Assembly (NCBI GenBank): GCA_937870635.1
Contig: CALMZP010000083.1
Coordinates: 5,100 to 69,099 of the forward strand
Length of the DNA stretch: 64,000 nucleotides
Source: an uncultured Acidobacteriota bacterium
Lineage (GTDB): Bacteria > Acidobacteriota > Thermoanaerobaculia > Gp7-AA8
Reading direction: 5' to 3'
Part shown: positions 18,398 through 28,230 of the stretch, piece after piece
How positions within the stretch are numbered: position 1 is the stretch's first letter
Layout: each line of letters opens with the position of its first letter
Notes under the pieces: generated by a model
What the model saw: the letters and a program-made list of their open reading frames with translations, nothing else
What the model was told of the DNA's origin: nothing
Databases searched by the model: none
Position numbers and translations under genes: made by a program

Positions 18398-21307
18398 ATG
18401 AAGTTGAATCGCTTCTGGGCATTACTCGCCGTCGCGTTGCTCATCAGCACAAGCGCCTTCGCCCAGGTCAGCTCGAATCTGACTGGCCGCGTGTTGATGG
18501 ACGGCAACCCGCTCCCTGGTGTCACGGTGACAATCTCGTCGCCGGCGCTGCAGGGAACGCGCACAGCCGTCACCGACGTGAACGGCAACTACAACTTTGC
18601 AGCTCTTCCGCCGGGGGACTACACGGTCCGGTTCGAGATGGAGAGCATGCAGACGGTGACCCGCACGCAGCGTGTCGGCCTTGGTCAGACCGGCCGCGTC
18701 GATGCGGAGATGCGGCTGACCGCGGTGGCGGAAGCCATCACCGTCACGGCGAGCGCTCCGGCCGTCCTCGAGACGACCGAAGTGCAGACCAACATCACCG
18801 GCGAGCTGATCGACGATCTGCCGATCGCGCGGACTCTGATCGCCACCTCGACGCTCGCACCGGGCGTCAACAGCAACGGCCCGAACCCGGGAGCCATCAC
18901 GATCTCCGGCGCTCTGGCCGCCGACAACCTCTTCCTCGTGAACGGCGCCGTCACGAACGAGAACCTGCGCGGGCAGCCGCACAATCTCTTCATCGAAGAC
19001 GCCATTCAGGAGACGACGGTCCAGACGGCCGGCATCTCGGCCGAGTACGGCCGTTTCCTCGGCGGCGTGGTCAGCGCGATCACGAAGTCGGGTGGCAACG
19101 AGTTCAGCGGATCGCTTCGCGATTCCATCGTCAACGACGCCTGGACGGAAGAGAGCCCGAAGCAGACCTTCGAGAACAAAGACGAGATGCTTCATACGTA
19201 TGAAGGAACGCTCGGCGGCCGCATCATCCGCGACCGCCTGTGGTTCTTCGGCGCCGGCCGCTTTTTCGAGCAGCAGCAGCAGCGCACCTTCACCGAAAGC
19301 AGTATCCCTTTCGTGGCCGGTAACGAAGAGCTGCGCCTCGAAGGCAAGCTCACCGGACAGATCACCCCGCGTCATAACCTGATGGGGTCATACCTGACTC
19401 TGGAGACGAAGCAGACCAACAACTGCTTCATTTCCTGCTTTGAAGAGTCGAACCTCGACCTGGCGCGTGCGCTGCCGAATGACTTCACCGTCATTCGCTA
19501 CAACGGCATTCTCACCGACCAGTTCCTGCTCGAGGCGAGCTACACCCAGAAGAACTTCGCATTCGAGGGCAGCGGCGGCGACGCCGTCGGCGATCGCGTT
19601 CGCGGTACCTGGGCCTACGACGTGAATACGGGCGGCTTCTATGGTGCGCCGGTGTTCTGCGGTGTCTGCGATCCTGAAGAGCGCAACAACAGCACGTATG
19701 GGCTGAAGGCCACGTACTACCTCGCCACCGGTGCCACCGGTACGCACAACCTCGTGGCCGGTTATGAGAACTGGGCGGAGACCCGCCTTTCGAACAACTA
19801 TCAATCGGCCAGCAACTACGGCCTGATCACCTATCAGGAAGTGACGCGCAACGCGCAGGGTGTGATCACGCCGACCATCGCCGCCGGCGACCTGATCGGC
19901 TACTTCCCGATCGATGTCCTTTCGAAGGGTTCCGACTTCGTCACCGACTCCTTCTTTATCAACGACAAGTGGGACCTCAACCGCCACTTCCAGTTCAACA
20001 TCGGCCTCCGCTATGACATGAACAACGGCAAGGACAGCCTTGGTGTCAAGCGCGCCGACGACAGCCTGTTCAGCCCTCGCCTCGGTGTCATGTATGACAT
20101 CGGAGGCAACGGCCGTGCGCGCCTGAATGCGAGCTACAGCAAGTACGTCAACCGCATTGCCGAGACGATCGGCGGCTCCGCGTCCCCGGCGGGCAATCCC
20201 GCGTCGTTCTACTACTACTACGACGGCCCGACGATCTCCGGTCTTCCCACGTTCCAGGCATTCGAGCAGGTCTTTGCATGGTTTGATTCCGTGGGTGGTC
20301 TCAATGCCGACGACTACCTGATCTTCGCCAGCGTGCCGGGTGTGAACGCGCAGATCCGCAAGTCACTCATCTCGCCGAGCGTCGACGAGATGACGGTCGG
20401 CGCCGGTTTCCAGCTGGGCCCCACCGGCTTCTTCCGCGCGGATTACATCCATCGCAAGTGGAACGATTTCTTCGTCACTGTGGCCAATCGTGAGATCGGA
20501 ACGATCACCGCTCCGACGGGAACGTTCCAGCTCAAGCTCACGGAAAATACCGACGCCCTCACCCGCGAGTACGATGCGCTCCAGTTCCAGCTGGCTTATC
20601 GCATCTTCCAGCGGCTGAACCTCGGCGCCAATTACACCTGGTCCGAGACGGTCGGCAACCAGGTCGGCCAGACCGGCGGCAGCGGGCCGATCGCCGACGA
20701 GACGTCCGCACCGTTCGCGTATCCGGAGCTGAAGCAGTTCGCTCAGTTCAACCCCACCGGCTTCCTGCCGCAGGACCAGACGCACAAGGTCCGGGCATGG
20801 CTGTCGTGGGATCAGCCGACTCCCATCGGCAACTTCAACTTCAGCGTCCTGCAGCGCTTCGATTCCGGTACGCCGTATTCGGCGGTCGGAACCATCAACG
20901 TGCGGCCGTACGTTGATCCGGCCATCCTCGCCGAGTACCGGCAGGTGCCCTCCGGGATCAACTACTACTTCAGCGAGCGTGGCGAGTTCCGTTGGGACGA
21001 CGTCATGGCCACGGATCTGGCGCTCAACTACCAGCTCCCGATCCAGCGGCTCGGCCTTTTCGTGGCGGCCGATCTGATCAACGCGTTCAACACTGACGCC
21101 GTGACTGGCGGGAACACGGCCGTCCTCACGGCTTCGCAGGATGCGTCGCTCAAGCCGTTCAACCCCTTCACCGAGACGCCCGTCGAAGGCGTTCACTGGC
21201 GGCGCGGCTCGAACTTCGGCAAGGCCACGAATCCGACGACGCCCGGCGCGGCGGGTCACTATGCGCTGCCGCGCACGTTCCGTGTGTCCCTCGGCCTGCG
21301 GTTCTAA
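18398..21307 (+). CDS. TonB-dependent receptor (Oar-like) with N-terminal carboxypeptidase-regulatory-like domain
   Basis: Signal peptide, LPGVTVTISSPALQG, AEYGRFLGGVVSAITKSGGN plug, C-terminal PRTFRVSLGLRF; RBS aggaggt. Confidence 0.92.
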   Translation: MKLNRFWALLAVALLISTSAFAQVSSNLTGRVLMDGNPLPGVTVTISSPALQGTRTAVTDVNGNYNFAALPPGDYTVRFEMESMQTVTRTQRVGLGQTGRVDAEMRLTAVAEAITVTASAPAVLETTEVQTNITGELIDDLPIARTLIATSTLAPGVNSNGPNPGAITISGALAADNLFLVNGAVTNENLRGQPHNLFIEDAIQETTVQTAGISAEYGRFLGGVVSAITKSGGNEFSGSLRDSIVNDAWTEESPKQTFENKDEMLHTYEGTLGGRIIRDRLWFFGAGRFFEQQQQRTFTESSIPFVAGNEELRLEGKLTGQITPRHNLMGSYLTLETKQTNNCFISCFEESNLDLARALPNDFTVIRYNGILTDQFLLEASYTQKNFAFEGSGGDAVGDRVRGTWAYDVNTGGFYGAPVFCGVCDPEERNNSTYGLKATYYLATGATGTHNLVAGYENWAETRLSNNYQSASNYGLITYQEVTRNAQGVITPTIAAGDLIGYFPIDVLSKGSDFVTDSFFINDKWDLNRHFQFNIGLRYDMNNGKDSLGVKRADDSLFSPRLGVMYDIGGNGRARLNASYSKYVNRIAETIGGSASPAGNPASFYYYYDGPTISGLPTFQAFEQVFAWFDSVGGLNADDYLIFASVPGVNAQIRKSLISPSVDEMTVGAGFQLGPTGFFRADYIHRKWNDFFVTVANREIGTITAPTGTFQLKLTENTDALTREYDALQFQLAYRIFQRLNLGANYTWSETVGNQVGQTGGSGPIADETSAPFAYPELKQFAQFNPTGFLPQDQTHKVRAWLSWDQPTPIGNFNFSVLQRFDSGTPYSAVGTINVRPYVDPAILAEYRQVPSGINYYFSERGEFRWDDVMATDLALNYQLPIQRLGLFVAADLINAFNTDAVTGGNTAVLTASQDASLKPFNPFTETPVEGVHWRRGSNFGKATNPTTPGAAGHYALPRTFRVSLGLRF

Positions 21308-21332
21308 GTCGTTTTCTTAAGCTGTATCCTTG

Positions 21333-21365
21333 AAAGCCCCGGCGACGAGCCGGGGCTTTCGTTTT
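21333..21365 (+). terminator. Intrinsic terminator
   Basis: aaagccccggc-gacga-gccggggctttcgtttt. Confidence 0.85.
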
Positions 21366-21378
21366 ACCGGTCGTTACC

Positions 21379-23430
21379 TTGCGAACCTTTCTCGTCCTCT
21401 CATGCGTTCTGGTTCTGGCGTGCGGCAGCGAACGCGCCGAGCGCGAGCGGCGCGACGTCCCTGTCTTCATCATCTCGATCGACACGCTCCGCGCCGACCG
21501 TCTGCCGGCGTACGGTTACGACAAAGGATCCACGCCAGCCATCGATGCGCTCCGGCAGGATTCAATCCTCTACCGCTGGGCCTTCAGTCACTGCCCGCAG
21601 ACTCTTCCATCGCATGCGTCGATCTTCACCGGCACGCTGCCGCCCACGCACGGAGTGCGTGATAACGTCGGCTACCAGCTGGACGCGAAGATTCCCACCC
21701 TGGCGACGCGGTTGCGCCAGCTTGGCTACGCCACCGGCGCGGCTGTCTCGACGTACGTCCTCCGGCGCGCCACCGGAATTCACGAAGGTTTCGACTTCTA
21801 CGATGACCGGGTCCGAAGCTCGGGCGCGCGCCCGACAGCCGCGGAGCGCGACGGCGAGGAATCGCGGATCGTCCTGACGTCGTGGTTGGAGACCATCGCC
21901 GAACCAAGGGTCTTCGGCTTTCTGCATCTTTATGAGCCACATGCGCCGTACGAGGCACCGCGGCAGTTCCGGCGGGTGGCCGACGAGTACGACAACGAAG
22001 TCTCGTATGCAGACGCGGTCGTCGGCCGTTTCGTCAGTACGCTCAAGGAACGGCAGCTCTACGACGATGCCCTGATCATCGTCCTGTCCGACCACGGCGA
22101 GGGCCTCGGCGACCACGGCGAGGACGAGCATGGCCTGTTTGTCTACCGGGAATCGATTCAGGTCCCTCTGCTCATCAAGCTGCCTGGAAACGACCGTGCC
22201 GGTGAGACGGTCACGCCCCCCGTCGGCCTCAACCAGGTTTTCGCCACCGTGCTCAACGTAGTCGGGGCGGGGGACGGTAAGCCGGATCTTCTCGACCGCG
22301 AAGCGGCGCCGCGACCCGTCTACAGTGAAAGCTACTACCCGCGACTGCACTTCGGCTGGAGCGAGCTCCGGTCCCTCGTCAAGGGGCAGCGCCATTTCAT
22401 CGACGCGCCGTCGCGTGAGCTGTACGACTACATTCGCGATCCGGCCGAGTTGCGGAACCTTGCCGGAGCCGAGCGCCGCGAGCTCCACGCGCTGACGAAG
22501 ACAGTCCGCGACATCGACGCCGCTTTTCAACCACCTTCGCAGCTCGACCTGGAGGACCGCCGTAAGCTCGCCGCTCTCGGATATATCGGCTCCGCCGCCG
22601 GCGGGGCGAAAAACATGGCAGATCCGAAAGACAAAGTGCAGACGGTCCGCGATCTCCGCCGTGCGTTTCTGTTCTACGAAGCAAAGCGCTATCGCGACGC
22701 GATTCCGCTGGCAGAGCGCGTCGTGTTTGCGGAACCGGAAATCGTAGACGGCTGGGCGCTGCTTGGCCGCAGCAGGTCGGCAGCGGGCCAGCGCGGCCTC
22801 GCACTCGAATCGTATCGGGAGGGCCTGCGGAGGTTCCCTGAGAGCACCGACCTCGCCTTGCTGGCCGCGGACGAATACGCGAACGCCGGAAACTGGCCGC
22901 AGGCTGAGCAGCACGCCGCGCTCGTCTTGCGTCAGGATCCTGTCCTGGCCCACGAGACCCTGGCCCGGTTCGCGGCCCGGCGAGGCAACGACGAAGTGGC
23001 TCGGCGCCACGCCGAGGAGGCCGTGAAACTCGTGCCGGGAAGGATACCGACGCTGATGTTGCTGGCCGACCTGGCCCGCCGCGCGAATCATCCGGCGGAA
23101 CAATTGATGTGGCTCGATCGGGCCGAGCAGGAAGTCAGCGTGCGCGCGGTGCCTCCAGTGGAGAACCTCTCCTTCCTCCGGGGCCAGGCCCTTCTCTCGC
23201 TCCGCCGGGTCGCTGAGGCGGAGACGGCGTTTCGCACGGAAATCCGGCTCTTCCCCAATAACATGCGCGCCTGGAGCAGCCTGGCTGTCGTCGTCAGCGC
23301 CCAGGGACGTCGCGACGAAGCGCGATCGATCCTGAACGACGCGGTGAGAGCCAACGACAACGACACGATGCGTGCTCTCGTGCGCGAAGCGCTCGAGGTC
23401 ACCGGCGACCGAAATGCGCCGGCTCCGTGA
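21379..23430 (+). CDS. Sulfatase-like hydrolase (alkaline phosphatase superfamily) with C-terminal TPRs, lipoprotein
   Basis: LAC lipobox, ISIDTLRAD, TLPSH, SDHGEGLGDHGE, LAALGYI, TPR tail. Confidence 0.88.
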   Translation: MRTFLVLSCVLVLACGSERAERERRDVPVFIISIDTLRADRLPAYGYDKGSTPAIDALRQDSILYRWAFSHCPQTLPSHASIFTGTLPPTHGVRDNVGYQLDAKIPTLATRLRQLGYATGAAVSTYVLRRATGIHEGFDFYDDRVRSSGARPTAAERDGEESRIVLTSWLETIAEPRVFGFLHLYEPHAPYEAPRQFRRVADEYDNEVSYADAVVGRFVSTLKERQLYDDALIIVLSDHGEGLGDHGEDEHGLFVYRESIQVPLLIKLPGNDRAGETVTPPVGLNQVFATVLNVVGAGDGKPDLLDREAAPRPVYSESYYPRLHFGWSELRSLVKGQRHFIDAPSRELYDYIRDPAELRNLAGAERRELHALTKTVRDIDAAFQPPSQLDLEDRRKLAALGYIGSAAGGAKNMADPKDKVQTVRDLRRAFLFYEAKRYRDAIPLAERVVFAEPEIVDGWALLGRSRSAAGQRGLALESYREGLRRFPESTDLALLAADEYANAGNWPQAEQHAALVLRQDPVLAHETLARFAARRGNDEVARRHAEEAVKLVPGRIPTLMLLADLARRANHPAEQLMWLDRAEQEVSVRAVPPVENLSFLRGQALLSLRRVAEAETAFRTEIRLFPNNMRAWSSLAVVVSAQGRRDEARSILNDAVRANDNDTMRALVREALEVTGDRNAPAP

Positions 23431-23529
23431 CGTTGCCGGATGGTGACACTGCTGGACCCTCGCTCTCCGGTTCTAAGTTTCCCATTGAGCGTGGACCGTT
23501 CATGCCGCCCGCGATGGTTGGGACGCCGC

Positions 23530-23598
23530 GTGGAGGGGCGGGCGATCCGCCCGCCTGGCGATCACGAAATGCGCGGGCGAGATCGCCCGCGGCTCCAC
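23530..23598. repeat. Inverted pair of GTGG-tagged REPs (REPIN-like)
   Basis: gtggaggggcgggcgatccgcccgcc ... gcgcgggcgagatcgcccgcggctccac. Confidence 0.75.
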
Positions 23599-23656
23599 CG
23601 AGCCTTGCCATCGCTACGTTAACGGTTTTAACCGCAGACGGTAAACTCCCTCCCCG

Positions 23657-25771
23657 ATGCGTCTGCCCCTGTTCGCGGTCCTTTCGGTGCTCCTTCTCTT
23701 CGCGTGCAGCCAGCCGGCGGAGACGCCGGTGGCCGTTTACACGAATGCTCCGGTCATCATCGTATCGATCGACACGCTCCGGGCTGATCGCCTTCCGATG
23801 TTCGGCTATGGCCGCGTCGAGACGCCGCATCTCGACCGGTTCCGTGCCGACGGCATTCTGTTCCGCAATGCCTATACGCATGCGCCGCTCACGTTGCCGG
23901 CGCACACGTCACTGCTGACCGGACTCCTTCCGCACGAGCACAAGGTGCGCAACAACATCGGATACGTGCTTTCCGAGGCGATCCCGACTCTTCCACGGAT
24001 CCTCAAGGCCAGGGGATACGCGACCGGAGCCGCGGTTTCGGCGTATGTCCTGCGCGGGTCGAGCGGTCTGGCGCGTGACTTCGACGAGTATGAAGATCGG
24101 ATCGCCGGGACCGGCAGCAGCGCGGTCGGCCAGCTTCAGCGGCCGGGCGCAGTGACGACCGCGATCGCCGCGCGATGGATTGAAACGCACTCCGCGCAGC
24201 CGTTCTTCTACTTTCTCCATCTCTTCGAGCCCCACTCGCCGTATGAGCCGCCGGAGCCGTTTCGGTCGAAGTACCGCGACCGCTACGATGGGGAGATCGC
24301 CGCCGTGGATGCCATCGTCGGCGAGTTTTTCGACGGATTGCGCCGGAGCGGCGTCTACGACAAAGCGATGATCATCGTTCTGTCGGATCACGGTGAAGGG
24401 CTCGGCGATCATGGTGAGCCGGAGCACGGAATCTTCGTCTATCGGGAGACGATCCACGTTCCGCTCCTGGTGAAGCTCCCCGGGAACGAGCGCAGGGGCG
24501 AAACGCTCGACGGCCCCGTCGGATTGATCGATATCGCTCCCACCGTTGCCACGTTTTCAGGTGTTGCCGCGCCGACCGCGATGAGCGGGAAACCGCTTCT
24601 GCAGCCCGATCCGAGTGGCCGTCGCATTTACAGCGAATCGCTCTATCCGCGCATCCATCTCGGATGGAGTGAACTGAGGTCGCTCGTCGACTCGCGCTAT
24701 CACTACATAGAGGCGCCGCGCGCCGAGCTGTATGACATCACCACCGACGCTCACGAAAAAGCGAACGTCATCAGTGATCAGAGGCGTGTTGCGTCGCGGA
24801 TGCGCGACGACCTCGCCCGCTACGGAACGGAGATCGAGAACCCTCAGAACATCGATCCGGAAGAGGCAAAGAAGCTCGCCGCGCTCGGTTATCTGTCGTC
24901 TCCCGCCGGAGCGGCGGCGGGGCCGCTTCCCGATCCCAAGGACAGGATCGGAGAGATCGCGGAGATGGTGCGGGCGAGCGACCTGCTGAGGAAACGGCGC
25001 TGGGATGCGGCCATCGAAGCCTTTCAGAAGATCGTCGAGAAGAATCCACGTCTCGCCGACGCATGGAACCAGCTCGGCGACGCCTTCGAAGGAGCGGGAC
25101 GTTACGAGGAAGCCTCGAACACCTATCAGCGGGCCATCGAGATGACTCCACAGCTTGCAGGCGAGTTTGGATTGCGCCGAGGATCCGTTTTCCTCAAGCT
25201 GGAAAAGTATGAAGAGGCGGTGGAGCATGCCCGGCTGGCGGAAGCGACGAACCCAGGCGCCATGCACGTGCTTCTGGCGCGGGTCGAAATGGCTCGAAAG
25301 AACTTTGGGGCGGCGGAAGCGCAGGCTCGCGCAGCCGCAAATGACCCCAACTATCGCATTGCCGGCGAGCTTCTTCTGGCTCAGATCCTGGCGCAGCAGG
25401 AGAAGGCCGCGGAGGCTCTGCCGATCGTCGATCGTATCGGTGCGGAGATCGAGAAGGACGGTCTCGGCCCGGTCGAAGCGTACGAGTTTATCCGGGGGGA
25501 CATCCTGGCGCGGCTCGAGCGGTACGACGAAGCGATTGCGGCGTTCCAGCGGGAGATCACGCACTTCCCGGGTAACCAGCAGGCGTATGCGAATCTCTAT
25601 CTGGTCTACATGGTGACCGATCGTCCGCGTGAAGCGCAGCGGACCATTGAGGCGATGGTGCGGGCGAATCCGGGGAAGCGCACGATGATGTTCGCGGCGC
25701 GGACCGTGGAGGCGCTCGGCGATACGCGCGGCGCCGAACAGTGGCGCCGACGCGCCGGACAGACGAAGTGA
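23657..25771 (+). CDS. Second sulfatase-like hydrolase with TPRs, lipoprotein (paralog of 21379..23430)
   Basis: FAC lipobox, VSIDTLRAD, TLPAH, SDHGEGLGDHGE, TPRs. Confidence 0.88.
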   Translation: MRLPLFAVLSVLLLFACSQPAETPVAVYTNAPVIIVSIDTLRADRLPMFGYGRVETPHLDRFRADGILFRNAYTHAPLTLPAHTSLLTGLLPHEHKVRNNIGYVLSEAIPTLPRILKARGYATGAAVSAYVLRGSSGLARDFDEYEDRIAGTGSSAVGQLQRPGAVTTAIAARWIETHSAQPFFYFLHLFEPHSPYEPPEPFRSKYRDRYDGEIAAVDAIVGEFFDGLRRSGVYDKAMIIVLSDHGEGLGDHGEPEHGIFVYRETIHVPLLVKLPGNERRGETLDGPVGLIDIAPTVATFSGVAAPTAMSGKPLLQPDPSGRRIYSESLYPRIHLGWSELRSLVDSRYHYIEAPRAELYDITTDAHEKANVISDQRRVASRMRDDLARYGTEIENPQNIDPEEAKKLAALGYLSSPAGAAAGPLPDPKDRIGEIAEMVRASDLLRKRRWDAAIEAFQKIVEKNPRLADAWNQLGDAFEGAGRYEEASNTYQRAIEMTPQLAGEFGLRRGSVFLKLEKYEEAVEHARLAEATNPGAMHVLLARVEMARKNFGAAEAQARAAANDPNYRIAGELLLAQILAQQEKAAEALPIVDRIGAEIEKDGLGPVEAYEFIRGDILARLERYDEAIAAFQREITHFPGNQQAYANLYLVYMVTDRPREAQRTIEAMVRANPGKRTMMFAARTVEALGDTRGAEQWRRRAGQTK

Positions 25772-25799
25772 GGGAGCGCGGGCCGTACGCCCGCGCTCC
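25772..25799. repeat. REP-like hairpin between convergent genes
   Basis: ggagcgcgggc-cgtac-gcccgcgctcc, same family as the 7991 copy. Confidence 0.65.
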
Positions 25800-25806
25800 G
25801 TATTGA

Positions 25807-26241
25807 TCAGTTCCTGGCGTTCAGCATGTGCCACTCCGGGTTGTCGCGGACATAGGCGGGCCGCTTGTCCCGGAACTGGTTGACTTCCGATGCCGTCTCC
25901 AGCATGAGCTGGAACTTTGCGATCATGGAACGCTGCAGGGGCTTGGGAAGATTTTTCAGATCGTCAACGAGGCGCGAGGTAGCGAATTCGTCCTCGCCGA
26001 GCTCCCACGGCGCGATCTGCTTCTCGACCGAGCCGCCGAAGAACTGCGCCTCGGTCAGCCCGTAGACACTGAGCAGGCGCTTGAGCTGAGACAGCTTCAG
26101 CGCTCCGATCCTCTGTCCGGTTTCGAACGAGCTGATCGTCTTCTCACCGACGCCGGAAAGCTTCGCAACATCTTTCTGACTGAGGCCGCGCATGCGGCGG
26201 ATTTCACGTAGTTTCAGAACGAGATCCATCTGCTTCCTCAC
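25807..26241 (-). CDS. XRE-family HTH transcriptional regulator
   Basis: LREIRRMRGLSQKDVAKLSGVGEKTISSFETG. Confidence 0.88.
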   Translation of the reverse strand: MRKQMDLVLKLREIRRMRGLSQKDVAKLSGVGEKTISSFETGQRIGALKLSQLKRLLSVYGLTEAQFFGGSVEKQIAPWELGEDEFATSRLVDDLKNLPKPLQRSMIAKFQLMLETASEVNQFRDKRPAYVRDNPEWHMLNARN

Positions 26242-26246
26242 ATTTC

Positions 26247-26858
26247 TCAGAAACGCCGCATCAATCCGACGACCACCCCCTGCACCGCCACATCGCGGGC
26301 AGAGGCGAAGATCGGGCTCATCATCGAGTTCGCCGGTTGCAGACGTACACGTTCGCCCTCCCGATAAATCCGCTTGAGGGTCACTTCGCCATTCACGTTG
26401 GCCACGACCATCTCGCCGTTGTCGGCGCGCTCGCGCCGCGCGATGATCACCAGATCCCCGTCCAGGATCCCGTCGTCGATCATCGAGTCGCCGCGAACCT
26501 TCAGGACGTAGTTCTCGCCGCGCGTGGTCATGTGCTCCGGCACGGCGATGGTCTCATCCTGAACGTCGACATCGAGTGGCCGCCCGGCAGCGATGTAGCC
26601 GAACAACGGAAGCTCGCGGATTCCGGAATCACGCGCCTCTTCCTTCTGATCGACTACCTCCACCCCGCGCTTCTGGTTCCAGTCGCGCCGGATCAACCCC
26701 TTCTTCTCCAGGAGCGACAGGTGCTTGTAGACCGTCCCGTACGACGAGAACCCGAAGTGGTCGCAGATCTCGCGGTGTGTGGGAGCGACTCCTCGCTCCT
26801 GCTGGAACTCCTGGATGAACCTCAGGATGTCTCGCTGCCGTTCCGTCACGTACTTCAT
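26247..26858 (-). CDS. lexA: SOS repressor LexA
   Basis: Winged HTH (PTHREI), IAAG cleavage site, VRGDSM catalytic Ser, TLKR catalytic Lys. Confidence 0.95.
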   Translation of the reverse strand: MKYVTERQRDILRFIQEFQQERGVAPTHREICDHFGFSSYGTVYKHLSLLEKKGLIRRDWNQKRGVEVVDQKEEARDSGIRELPLFGYIAAGRPLDVDVQDETIAVPEHMTTRGENYVLKVRGDSMIDDGILDGDLVIIARRERADNGEMVVANVNGEVTLKRIYREGERVRLQPANSMMSPIFASARDVAVQGVVVGLMRRF

Positions 26859-26875
26859 TCGACCCTCGTATCGCC

Positions 26876-26920
26876 AACATAGGCGGTAATGGGGCGAAAG
26901 TCAAGCGGTAGTGGGGCGAA
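26876..26920 (-). promoter_or_regulatory. Sigma70-type lexA promoter with overlapping direct-repeat operator candidate
   Basis: TTGACT (26904-26899), 17 bp, TATGTT (26881-26876); TTCGCCCCAYTACCGC at 26905-26920 and 26883-26898. Confidence 0.7.
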
Positions 26921-27039
26921 TACCCTGATCTCGGGATAGTGGTAGCGTTTGGTGGCCGGGCTGTAACAGCACCGCTATGCCGTGTTAGGAATGCCATCAT
27001 TCCGGCATCGAATGGACGTTTCTCATATCTCCGTCATTA

Positions 27040-27252
27040 TTGCGGCAGCCGTCCTTTATCAACTACGTTGGCGGTCAAATGGCCGTGTTCGCCACCAGCA
27101 GCGTCTTAGGCGTTGACCTGATCTTTTCATTCCTTATTTTGCTGATGATGAAGAACAAAAACTTCACCGCACGATATGGCACGGCAGCCGTAAGTCTCGG
27201 TATGCTTGCCGTATCGGTACCCTGCGGTTTACTCATGTGGAGATGGTTATGA
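27040..27252 (+). CDS. Small hydrophobic protein, possibly a truncated passenger gene
   Basis: Hydrophobic 70-aa ORF in an AT-richer tract; stop overlaps next ATG (ATGA). Confidence 0.35.
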   Translation: MRQPSFINYVGGQMAVFATSSVLGVDLIFSFLILLMMKNKNFTARYGTAAVSLGMLAVSVPCGLLMWRWL

Positions 27253-27380
27253 ACCCGATCCTGGCAGTGCTGCTGATTTCACTCATTCCGACGATTCTCG
27301 GCGCGGTCGGGTTTAATTTGGCTGCCAAATACTTTTCCCACGGCGAAGATACCGGAAAGTTTCACCGGCACGCGCTCTGA
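27249..27380 (+). CDS. 43-aa single-TM peptide
   Basis: MNPILAVLLISLIPTILGAVGFNLAAKYFSHGEDTGKFHRHAL; followed by a terminator hairpin. Confidence 0.4.
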   Translation: MNPILAVLLISLIPTILGAVGFNLAAKYFSHGEDTGKFHRHAL

Positions 27381-27407
27381 GAACAATCAACCAGAAAGCA
27401 ACAACGC

Positions 27408-27434
27408 AACAGGGGCCGCGCAAGCGGCCCTGTT
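27408..27434. terminator. Hairpin terminator, possibly bidirectional
   Basis: aacaggggccgc-gcaa-gcggccctgtt then ctttt. Confidence 0.7.
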
Positions 27435-27437
27435 CTT

Positions 27438-27710
27438 TTAGGCAGCTTTGGCATCTGTCCAAAGGTCGAGCGCCAGCAAGTCACTTGCCGTCCACACGTA
27501 CTCCGTCAGACCGGCCACCATCGCCGGAGTCTTGCCACCGAGTGATTTGTGCTTGCGGCAGAAGTTGTAGAAAACCACGTTGAGCGCGAGCATGTGTCGG
27601 TGATTCTCGAACTTCTTCGAGAATCCATTTGTGAGGCGCGTGAAACGCCGATTCTGCATACGAAGGGTCAGGTTCCAACGCTCCATGTATGCGGTCGAGA
27701 TGTTCTTGTC
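27438..27710 (-). pseudogene. C-terminal fragment of an IS1-family-like DDE transposase
   Basis: ISTAYMERWNLTLRMQNRRFTRLTNGFSKKFENH...YNFCRKHKSLGGKTPAMVAGLTEYVW; no N-terminal part. Confidence 0.8.
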
Positions 27711-28112
27711 GCGGCTGCCGGTATTCGTGCTCGATGATGGAACCCGCGTTCTGAGAGATCCCGCGTCGTTGATGCAACTTGGTTTCCATGGGGAAGAATC
27801 GGTACTCCGTCGATCGGATGGTCGCGGGTCCGAACCCCGTGCTGACGTGGCGGACTCCGATGAACGCGATAAGTCATCAGCACGACGAAGAGTCGGTAAG
27901 AACTCGATCCGACGCGCAGAACGCACGCGAAGCCGTCACGCGTGGTCCGCATTTCAGCTTGCGCCGCGTTCTTGTTTGGCACCACGGTCGCCACCGGCAT
28001 CGCGACGGGTGGCCTCTTGATTGGCCTGGGTCTGGCCGCCGCGACCATCGTCGGCGCCGTTGCTGGAACCGGCACCATTGCCGCCATGACGGTGCGGCAT
28101 GACGTTAAGTCG

Positions 28113-28230
28113 CTACGCTGCCTCCCTCTCGGCCCACATGTCCAGCGCGAGCATGTTACTCGCGGTCCAGACGTAATCAGTCAGACCAGTGACCATCGCC
28201 GGAAGTCTTGCCTGCGAGTGACTTGTAGTT
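28113..28230 (-). pseudogene. Second, shorter, frameshifted relic of the same transposase C-terminus
   Basis: KSLAGKT/PAMVTGLTDYVWTASNMLALDMWAEREAA* aligns to 27438-27550. Confidence 0.75.

Noticed and set aside
27668..28102. ORFs between the two transposase relics
   Set aside because: Overlapping frames on both strands with no recognisable motif; probably decayed passenger DNA.
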